Source: Abditibacterium sp.
GTDB taxonomy: Bacteria; Armatimonadota; Abditibacteriia; Abditibacteriales; Abditibacteriaceae
NCBI GenBank assembly: GCA_965199495.1
Contig: CBDASK010000003.1
Coordinates: 2,272,001-2,336,000 of the forward strand
Direction of reading: 5' to 3'
Length of the DNA stretch: 64,000 nucleotides
Positions within the stretch are counted from its first letter, which is position 1; each line of letters starts with the position of its first letter. The position numbers and the translations under genes are program-made. This document shows positions 56,697 through 64,000 of this stretch, one piece after another. The notes under the pieces are model-generated. The model saw nothing but the letters and a program-made list of their open reading frames with translations. It had not been told where the DNA came from and did not search any database.

Positions 56697-58058
56697 TCAC
56701 ATTCCGCGTCCGCCCAACATCCGCCCCATTTTGCCCATGCCGCGTGGCATCTTCATTTTGCCGCTTTGCATCGCTTGCAGTTGCCGCATCATCTTTTGCA
56801 TATCGCGGAACTGATTTAATAGCCGATTAATCTCCTGCACGCTCGTGCCCGATCCCGCCGCGATGCGCTTTTTGCGGCTGGCGTTGATTACGTCCGGTTG
56901 GCGGCGTTCGCGCGGCGTCATGGACAGAATAATCGCTTCGACGCGTTTCATCATTTTGTCGTCAATGCCAGCTTGGGCGGCTTTGGGCAGTTTGTTCATG
57001 CCGGGAATCATTTCCAGCATTTTGTCCATCGGCCCCATTTTTTTCATCTCCTTCATCTGGAGCAGAAAATCCTCGAAATCGAAGCTGCCCTTTTTCATGC
57101 GCGCTTCCATCTCTTCCATGCTCGCCATCGTGACCTGCTTTTCGACGTTCTCGATCAAACTCAACACGTCGCCCATGCCCAAGATGCGGCCCGCCATGCG
57201 GTCGGGATGAAACAGTTCGATGGCATCCAATTTCTCACCGGTGCCAATATATTTTACTGGCACGCCCGTCACGCTGCGCACGCTCAAAATCGCGCCGCCG
57301 CGCGCGTCGCCGTCCATTTTGGTCAAAACAACGCCCGTCAAAGGCAACGCCTCGTTGAAGGCGGCAGCAGCAGCCACGGCGTCTTGGCCGGTCATCGCAT
57401 CGAGGGCCAAAAGCGTTTCATCGGGCGTGACGGCTTCGGCGATGGCTTTGGCCTCGCTCATCATATTCTCGTCAACGTGCAGACGGCCCGCCGTGTCGAT
57501 AATTACGACATCATAGGCTTTATCGCGCGCCAATGCCACGCCGCGCTGCGCGATGTGAACCGGATTGATCTCGCCCTCTTCGTAAACCGGCACGCCGACT
57601 TGTTCGCCGACGATTTGCAACTGTTTAATCGCCTGAGGGCGATAAATATCGCACGCCACCAGAAGCGGCCTTTTGCCTTCGCGCTTGAGCAAAGCCGCGA
57701 GTTTGGCGGCGGTCGTGGTTTTGCCCGTTCCCTGCAAACCGGCGAGCATAATCACGGTCGGGCCTTTGGAACTCCACTGCAAACGATGGGTTTGGCCGCC
57801 CAGAAGTTCCTGCATCTCGTCGCGCACGACGGCGATCACCATTTGGTCGGGCGTCAGGCTTTTCAAAACGTCTTCGCCGACGGCTTTCACGCGCACGCGA
57901 GCGATGAACTCTTTAACGATTTTGAAGTTGACATCGGCTTCCAAGAGCGCCAATCGCACTTCGCGGAGAGCGGCGTCAACGTCGGCTTCGGTGAGCTTGC
58001 CTTTGCCGCGCAGTTTGGCGAGCGTGCCAGTGATTTTTTGAGAAAGAGACGAAAGCAT
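56697..58058 (-). CDS. ffh: Signal recognition particle protein
   Basis: GLQGTGKTT, DTAGR, TKMDGDARGG, Met-rich M domain, RIAAGSG. Confidence 0.97.
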   Translation of the reverse strand: MLSSLSQKITGTLAKLRGKGKLTEADVDAALREVRLALLEADVNFKIVKEFIARVRVKAVGEDVLKSLTPDQMVIAVVRDEMQELLGGQTHRLQWSSKGPTVIMLAGLQGTGKTTTAAKLAALLKREGKRPLLVACDIYRPQAIKQLQIVGEQVGVPVYEEGEINPVHIAQRGVALARDKAYDVVIIDTAGRLHVDENMMSEAKAIAEAVTPDETLLALDAMTGQDAVAAAAAFNEALPLTGVVLTKMDGDARGGAILSVRSVTGVPVKYIGTGEKLDAIELFHPDRMAGRILGMGDVLSLIENVEKQVTMASMEEMEARMKKGSFDFEDFLLQMKEMKKMGPMDKMLEMIPGMNKLPKAAQAGIDDKMMKRVEAIILSMTPRERRQPDVINASRKKRIAAGSGTSVQEINRLLNQFRDMQKMMRQLQAMQSGKMKMPRGMGKMGRMLGGRGM

Positions 58059-58109
58059 AATTTGCGATTCAGTTTAACGCGCGCCGCTTCGAGGACGCGT
58101 CAGGAAATT

Positions 58110-58264
58110 AAGCCACAGAGTTCACAGAGAACGCGCAGAGGAACACAAAAAACGGCGAAGAAAATAGAACGCGAAAGAACAGTGGAAAATTAGTGTTCTT
58201 TTGTTTTGATTTTCTTCGCCGTTTTTTGTGTTCCTCTGCGCGTTCTCTGTGAACTCTGTGGCTT
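58110..58264. repeat. CACAGAG-unit perfect 56-bp inverted repeat
   Basis: Arms 58110-58165 and 58209-58264. Confidence 0.9.
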
Positions 58265-58269
58265 TTTGT

Positions 58270-58818
58270 TTACGGCTGTTTTTCGCCGACGATTTCGGTC
58301 AGCAATTCCCACTCGTTGAGATGAACATAATCGTCGCCGCCGATGCGTTGAACGGTGAGCGTAACCTCGGAAACTGCTAAATTACGCGGAAATACAACCT
58401 CCCCCGTCACGCCGTCGCCCGCGTTTGTCCACGGCACGATTTCGTATTTAGTCGGGGATTTGCCGTCTTTGGGCCACACCATTGCCTCGACTTTCCAGCG
58501 CCCAACGTGATGCGAAATCGTGACGCGTGTTCCGGCGACCGAAACCGTGCCGTCGAATTGAATCGTGGTGATTTGCGGATTGACGGCGCTCGAACGCAAC
58601 AGGGTCGAATCGTCGCCATCGAAAATATCTTTGATTTCGCCGTTATCGTGCGGCGAACCCGCGACGGTGATTTTGTCTTCGGCGAGCCAATCTTTGAGCG
58701 GCAGTGGCTGCAAATGCAACGACACGAAATCGGGCGGCGACGGCACCTCGCTCGCCCGCGCCAACGGCGCGCTGGCGGCAAACGTTAGGCAGAAAAAGAG
58801 GACGCGTCGAAACAACAC
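58270..58818 (-). CDS. Secreted beta-sandwich (discoidin/galactose-binding-like) hypothetical protein
   Basis: Signal peptide; IFDGDDST and terminal HLNEWEL resemble F5/8-type motifs. Confidence 0.5.
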   Translation of the reverse strand: MLFRRVLFFCLTFAASAPLARASEVPSPPDFVSLHLQPLPLKDWLAEDKITVAGSPHDNGEIKDIFDGDDSTLLRSSAVNPQITTIQFDGTVSVAGTRVTISHHVGRWKVEAMVWPKDGKSPTKYEIVPWTNAGDGVTGEVVFPRNLAVSEVTLTVQRIGGDDYVHLNEWELLTEIVGEKQP

Positions 58819-58880
58819 GCCCGATAGTTTAATGGCCCACTAACTTTGGTTAGCGGGCCGTTTGTTCTGGTACTTTCTGT

Positions 58881-59351
58881 TTACGGCGTCGGCGTGGCTG
58901 CATCGCGCTTGCCCATCAATCGGGTCAATGCCGCGTCAACCGATAACAAACCGGGGCCGGTCAGGAAAATGACGAGGGCGAACAGAAAATACATTGCCGC
59001 CAATTCGTAAGGGTTTTTCACCGTTGGGCCACTGATAAAACCGGAGTCGCCTTTCATTATCGTAGATAAAACGGCCACGAACATCGTGCACATCACGCCC
59101 AGACAGGCGAGCGGTGTGAGAACGCCGAACATGATGGCCAAACCGCCAAAAAACTCGGAGAAAGCCGCCAATCCCTGCAAAAATCCGGGTGGCCCATCCG
59201 GCCCCATCCAACCGAAAAAGCCACCATCGCTCTGGATTTTTCCCAAACCATGAACGGCCATCGCGTAGCCCACAAACACGCGCAAAATAAATAAACCGAC
59301 GGCGCCTGGCCCGTGAAAATAGTAACGCGGATGAAAGAAGAAATTTTTCAT
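58881..59351 (-). CDS. DoxX family membrane protein
   Basis: LRVFVG..M.VHGLGK, EFFGGL..FGVLT, GPGLLSVD. Confidence 0.88.
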   Translation of the reverse strand: MKNFFFHPRYYFHGPGAVGLFILRVFVGYAMAVHGLGKIQSDGGFFGWMGPDGPPGFLQGLAAFSEFFGGLAIMFGVLTPLACLGVMCTMFVAVLSTIMKGDSGFISGPTVKNPYELAAMYFLFALVIFLTGPGLLSVDAALTRLMGKRDAATPTP

Positions 59352-59433
59352 TGGCGCGCCCTTGCGCAAATCGAACGCCGGGCTTGAAATGCCGGATGAA
59401 GGGCAATCCAATTATCCTTAAATCACTTCGTTT

Positions 59434-60540
59434 ATGAACCCCAATTTGCCCCAATCCGCCGCCGCGACGTTGCGCGCGGCGCGCTCGCTCCAGAATACGC
59501 CCGCCCTCGCCGGGTTCGACGGCTTTATTGATACGATTTGCCACGCCGTTGACAAACGCCATGACGCGCAGAATTACGACCGCATTCGCACGCTACGCGA
59601 GTTTGGCGAGCGCATCGCGGCGGCGGCTGGCAAATCGGCCAACGTCGAAATCGTGCCGACTCTGGTCAAACTCGGCGGCAACGGCCCGATTATGGCCAAC
59701 GCGCTGTGCGCTCTGGGATTGGATGTGACTTATTGCGGCATGACCGGCTATCCCAACACGCATTCGGTTTTTGAAGAGTTCGGCCAGAGCGCCAAACTTT
59801 TGCCGATTTCGGCGCCCGCTTTGACCGATGCCTACGAATTTGACGACGGCAAACTCATCGTCGGCAAACACGCGACGGTCGCCGAAGTCAGTTACGAAAA
59901 CCTGATGAGCCGCGTTGGCGAAGACGCGTGGTTCGAGGCGTGGGATGCCGCCAAATTCGTGGCGATGGTCAACTGGACGATGCTGCCCTACATGACGCCT
60001 TTGTGGAAAAGGATGCTCGAATTTCCCGCGACATCAGAACGCAAAACTCTGTTTTTCGATTTGGCCGATCCGGAAAAACGTTCGCGTGAAGATATTCTCG
60101 ACGCGCTGCAAACTATCGCCAAATTCCAGGAGAATCACGACGTGATTTTGGGTCTCAACGAGGCCGAAGCGATTCAGGTCGGCGAAACGCTCGACGTTTC
60201 GACTCCCGTTGGCAAAGTCACCGATCACGAAAGCGCGCCCGAATTAGCGGCGGCGATTCGCGCCAAATTGGAAATCGGTGTTGTCGTGGTGCATCCGACG
60301 AAATTCGCCGCCGCCGCCGACAGCCACGACGCCGTGGCTGTGGATGGGCCATTCATCGCCCAACCGAAAATCTCGACGGGCGCGGGCGATCATTTCAACG
60401 CCGGTTTCTGTCTGGGCCAACTTTTGGGCGCCGATTTGGAGCAATCGCTGCAAATGGGCGTCGGCACATCGGGCTTTTATGTGCGCAATGCGCAAAGCCC
60501 ATCGCGCGAGGATTTGGCGGATTTTCTGGCGACTTTGTAA
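59434..60540 (+). CDS. PfkB/ribokinase-family kinase-like protein
   Basis: LGGNGPIMANAL; STGAGDHFNAGF. Confidence 0.8.
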   Translation: MNPNLPQSAAATLRAARSLQNTPALAGFDGFIDTICHAVDKRHDAQNYDRIRTLREFGERIAAAAGKSANVEIVPTLVKLGGNGPIMANALCALGLDVTYCGMTGYPNTHSVFEEFGQSAKLLPISAPALTDAYEFDDGKLIVGKHATVAEVSYENLMSRVGEDAWFEAWDAAKFVAMVNWTMLPYMTPLWKRMLEFPATSERKTLFFDLADPEKRSREDILDALQTIAKFQENHDVILGLNEAEAIQVGETLDVSTPVGKVTDHESAPELAAAIRAKLEIGVVVVHPTKFAAAADSHDAVAVDGPFIAQPKISTGAGDHFNAGFCLGQLLGADLEQSLQMGVGTSGFYVRNAQSPSREDLADFLATL

Positions 60541-60990
60541 ATGATCGACCACATCAACATCGTCGTCGCCGATTTGGAACGCGCCGCGCATTTTTACGAA
60601 GCGCTGTTTGGCTTTAAACGCGGCTTCTCCGCCCAACTTCAAGGCGATTGGATCGAAACCGTCACCGGACTTCAAGGCGCCCGCGCTCAATGTCTGTTTC
60701 TCGATCCGCCGCGCGCAGCAGCCACGCGTATCGAGCTAATTCGCTACGACGCGCCCGACGCCGAATTTTCGCCGTTCGCGCCGACGCCCAACGAACCCGG
60801 TTTGCGTCACATCGCGTTTGAAGTCGAAGACATTGATGCGACTTTGAATCAGGTGCGCGCGTTGGGCCTCACGCCGTTTTCCGCGCCAGTCGAAGTGCCG
60901 TTTCGCGTGGCGAATCTGGGTGTAAAGCACTTGGCTTATTTTCACGATTTCGACGGGACAATCGTCGAAGTCGCGGCTTATCGTAAATAG
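60541..60990 (+). CDS. VOC/glyoxalase family protein
   Basis: IDHINIVVADLE, IELI, GLRHIAFEVEDID, FHDFDGTIVE. Confidence 0.88.
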   Translation: MIDHINIVVADLERAAHFYEALFGFKRGFSAQLQGDWIETVTGLQGARAQCLFLDPPRAAATRIELIRYDAPDAEFSPFAPTPNEPGLRHIAFEVEDIDATLNQVRALGLTPFSAPVEVPFRVANLGVKHLAYFHDFDGTIVEVAAYRK

Positions 60991-61381
60991 GCCACAGAGT
61001 TCGCAGAGAACGCACAGAGGGACACAGAGAACAGATATAGCCCTTCACAGTGGAGAGGCTACAACACCGGCGGGGCTGACGCCCTCTTCCAATCAGCGGA
61101 GTTCCTCGAAAGCGCGCTGATTGGAAGAGGGCGTCAGCCCCGCCGGTGTTGTAGCCTCTCCACTGTGAAGGGCTATAGGATGACCGCAGGGGCGCGCCTG
61201 TCATTTCGAGCGCAGCCGAGAAATCTTTCGCCCGCGCGGCAGCGCAGTTCAAGCGATTTTCTCGTTCAGAGTTGCCTGTGACTTCCGCTGGCGCGGGGCC
61301 GCAAGATTTCTCGGCTGCGCTCGAAATGACAGGCGCACACCCCTAATTTGTTCGCTGCGCGTTCTCCATGAACTCTGTGGC
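60991..61381. repeat. Nested palindromic elements: CACAGAG outer pair enclosing a 63-bp and a 34-bp perfect inverted repeat
   Basis: Inner arms 61036-61098/61115-61177 and 61194-61227/61303-61336. Confidence 0.9.
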
Positions 61382-61388
61382 TTATTTT

Positions 61389-64000
61389 TTATTCCGTCGC
61401 GATTTCCCACCAAACCGTTTCATTTTGCGGCTCAATCTCAAACGACAAAACGCCGTTTTTGAGTTGCGAACTTTGAATTTTGCCGAGCGCTCCCGTCGGC
61501 GAAAGTTGAAACACGCGCGCGCGTTTGGCGTTGGTTTTAATCTCTATATTGGCGCGCGGCACCTCGATTTGCGTTGGGCCTTCGCCCCATTTGTCGCCGA
61601 CGCTCGTGCGGTCGGCGTTCCAACCCATATTCTTGTTTTCGGCGCGATTCATCGCCGTCAAGAGCAACGATTTCGATTGTGCAATCGGCGATTTATCGAG
61701 CGCGACCAAAGTGATTGTCGCCCACTGATTCGACGATTTGACATCGGAAACGCGTAGCGCGCCCAGTTGTGTGGGGCCGACCAAAAAGTTGTCTCCGATT
61801 TTTCCGACGACGATTTTCGTTGCGGGCGCGTCCACCGAAATGACGCCGCGTCCGCCGCGAAAATCCCAATTCCACGCGCCGCCGCGTGCGCCGCTTCGTT
61901 CCAGTTTCGGCTCAGTTCCCGACGGAGCCAAACGCAGTTGCACGCGGCTTCCGACTAAATCATCGCGACGCAAACCGCGCGCGCGCCATTCGTCGGTGAT
62001 GATGCTGTTGTAAACGCTCGCGCTGCGGGTTTGTGCCGTCATTTCCAGCAAGCGGTCGCGCGGCACGACTAAAGTCGTCGTGCCCGCGAAGGCAGCCACG
62101 TCGCCGCGAAGGAAAGAACGCGCCATCGAAGGAAAGAACGCCATTTTGTTCGGATCGGAACTCACATCGAAATAATTGCGGATTTTATCGGAATTCCAAT
62201 TGTCGCGGTCGCCGTTGTAATCGAACAAAAAGATGCCGTCCCAATCCTGCGCGGCGGCGTAACTGAAAATTAGCGGAATCGTTTCGCTGGCGTAATCATT
62301 GGGCGCGGCGTGGTTGTATTCGCTGACCGTAAACGGCTTGCCCGCGATGCGATGCGTCGCCAAACTCATCAATGTTCCCGTATCGGCGGCATCAGTCATC
62401 GGCGTGTTGGGAGTATTCCAATTCGACGCGTCCCACGCTTGGCCGGGGAAACTGGGATGCTGCCAATACGCGTGCGAATCCACCCAATCGGTGCGGCTCT
62501 CGCGCGCGATTCCAGCCCACGCGCCATAACTCGCCTGCGAGCAAGTCACCAAACCTTTGTAGCCGAGTTCATTCTTGATGCAATCGGTCATGGTATCCAC
62601 ATAAGATTTTTCGACGGCGGCCAGATAATCCACCCAATCCTGGCCCTGCGTCGGCACGATGTTTTGGCCCGGCAAATCGAAGTTGGCTTTTTCCAGCGAC
62701 CAATCGGGCGCGATGTCGGCGACGATGCCGGGTCGGATTTGCACATCCGACAAATAAACCGCGTCGTTGGCGCCGCCGACGGCGAAAGTGATGCGGTTCA
62801 AATCGGGGTCTAAGCCGCCCGCGCGAAACACGAAATGAAACTCTTGCCATTGCGGCGTAAGTTGGAAAGTCGCCGCGCCATAACGCGTCCACGGATCGCG
62901 ATTGATGCCGACCGAGGCGTTAATTTCGCGCGGCGCATCGGCGCGCGCGCGCAGCGAAACCGTGTAGTTCTGGCCCGCGCGCAACTTCAACTTCGTCTGC
63001 ATCAGTTCCATCTGCCAATCGTTTTCCGGCTTTTTGGTGATGCTAACTTTGAGCGCTTTAACGCCGTTACCGTCCACGGTTCCGACAGCACCTTCCGAAG
63101 CGGCTTGGCGAACCAATTCCCACTGCGCGGTTCCTTCGCTCAAAGCCACGTCGCGCGTGATATTTGCGCCCAACGGTTCGCCTTCCCACGCGCGGCGCAA
63201 CGTGCCATCGTTGGCATAGCGCGCTTTGAGAAATGTGTTCCAACCTTTTTCCAACGTCGCGCGATAAAATGGCGGCAACTTTTGCAGCGATCCGTCGAAG
63301 GCGTGGCCGATTAGGGTGTCTTCATTGTTCAGTTCGACCAGAGCCACGGCGGGGTCGTCGGCCCACTTCTTTCCGGTTTTGGGATTGACATGGCCCAAAA
63401 TCTGGCGCGCGTATTCTTTCTGTTGCGCGATAAATTGCGGCTCGAAATACGCCGTAACCTTACCCATTTCCGGGATTTTGTCGGTGTCGGGAAAACCGTC
63501 GCCGTTCGTCAGCGCGCGCGCGACATGTAAATTGAGGTCAACATAAACACCGTTTTTGCTCAGTTCGCTGACCATATTATCGAGCAAGGCCAGACTGTCG
63601 GCGTCAACGGTTTGGTTTGGCCCTTTTCCTGAATCGTGATCGGCGCCGAAAATTGACGGATTGGCCCAACTCGCATCCATATGATGCAGACGCACGATAT
63701 TAAAGCCATATTTGTGCAAACGCGCCGCGACGGCGGGCGCGTCGGCGGGCCGAGTAAAATTGGCCGTCGCCACGAAGTTGGTGCCGACAAACCGCACGCG
63801 ACGCCCGACTCCATCCACGAAGTGGCCGTCTTGGACGCGGATGCGTTGCGCATCGGTCAAAGGCGCCGGATTCAAATCGCCAACGCTGGTCGAAGTTTTA
63901 GCGTCGTCGTTCCACGGCAACGTGAAAGCGAAATTCTGCGCGTGAACCGGCGCAATCAGCGCGAGGGCGAGCGCGCCCAGGATGGGAATGGGGAACAGTA
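61389..64000 (-). CDS. Secreted clan GH-A glycoside hydrolase with inserted CBM4/9-like domain; 5' end outside the window
   Basis: GFNIVRLHHMD, VELNNED, DSHAYWQHP, PFTVSEYN; frame open to the edge through a signal peptide. Confidence 0.8.
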   Translation of the reverse strand, partial: LFPIPILGALALALIAPVHAQNFAFTLPWNDDAKTSTSVGDLNPAPLTDAQRIRVQDGHFVDGVGRRVRFVGTNFVATANFTRPADAPAVAARLHKYGFNIVRLHHMDASWANPSIFGADHDSGKGPNQTVDADSLALLDNMVSELSKNGVYVDLNLHVARALTNGDGFPDTDKIPEMGKVTAYFEPQFIAQQKEYARQILGHVNPKTGKKWADDPAVALVELNNEDTLIGHAFDGSLQKLPPFYRATLEKGWNTFLKARYANDGTLRRAWEGEPLGANITRDVALSEGTAQWELVRQAASEGAVGTVDGNGVKALKVSITKKPENDWQMELMQTKLKLRAGQNYTVSLRARADAPREINASVGINRDPWTRYGAATFQLTPQWQEFHFVFRAGGLDPDLNRITFAVGGANDAVYLSDVQIRPGIVADIAPDWSLEKANFDLPGQNIVPTQGQDWVDYLAAVEKSYVDTMTDCIKNELGYKGLVTCSQASYGAWAGIARESRTDWVDSHAYWQHPSFPGQAWDASNWNTPNTPMTDAADTGTLMSLATHRIAGKPFTVSEYNHAAPNDYASETIPLIFSYAAAQDWDGIFLFDYNGDRDNWNSDKIRNYFDVSSDPNKMAFFPSMARSFLRGDVAAFAGTTTLVVPRDRLLEMTAQTRSASVYNSIITDEWRARGLRRDDLVGSRVQLRLAPSGTEPKLERSGARGGAWNWDFRGGRGVISVDAPATKIVVGKIGDNFLVGPTQLGALRVSDVKSSNQWATITLVALDKSPIAQSKSLLLTAMNRAENKNMGWNADRTSVGDKWGEGPTQIEVPRANIEIKTNAKRARVFQLSPTGALGKIQSSQLKNGVLSFEIEPQNETVWWEIATE

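Noticed and set aside
56898..58193. 431-aa ORF antisense to ffh (likewise 35545-36555, 41857-42876, 8949-10175)
   Set aside because: Shadow ORFs of high-GC conserved genes; no motifs.
16172..61381. CRISPR array or integron attC interpretation of the repeats
   Set aside because: No regularly spaced direct repeats with unique spacers, no cas or integrase gene, no attC RYYYAAC/GTTRRRY ends recognised.

Overview
Bacterial chromosomal window, mostly about 55-60% GC by eye with very CG-rich codons. Gene content (prepilin/H-X9-DG protein, long MlaD, DUF1800/DUF1501, divergent MraZ) suggests a diderm of the Armatimonadota/Abditibacteriota type; this is inference only. It holds the end of a low-GC surface-polysaccharide locus, housekeeping genes (tilS, ftsH, tyrS, metX, rplI, mlaEFD, a split dcw cluster, ffh) and tRNA-Pro(CGG). 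Main observations: (1) a three-gene Fap-like export module (secreted Lys/Ser/Cys-rich precursor, periplasmic C39 peptidase, FapF-like beta-barrel) beside an atypical NarL regulator; (2) an integrase-free 3.4-kb cassette bounded by two synonymously diverged copies of the last 32 codons of ffh; (3) an octamer, CGTGGCTG/CAGCCACG, counted 35 times by eye on both strands, resembling a DNA-uptake sequence; (4) an HTH-LAGLIDADG gene abutting tRNA-Pro; (5) a 10-bp-period GGACG candidate MraZ operator; (6) several families of long intergenic inverted repeats, including a nested set. All calls come from reading motifs by eye; no searches were run.
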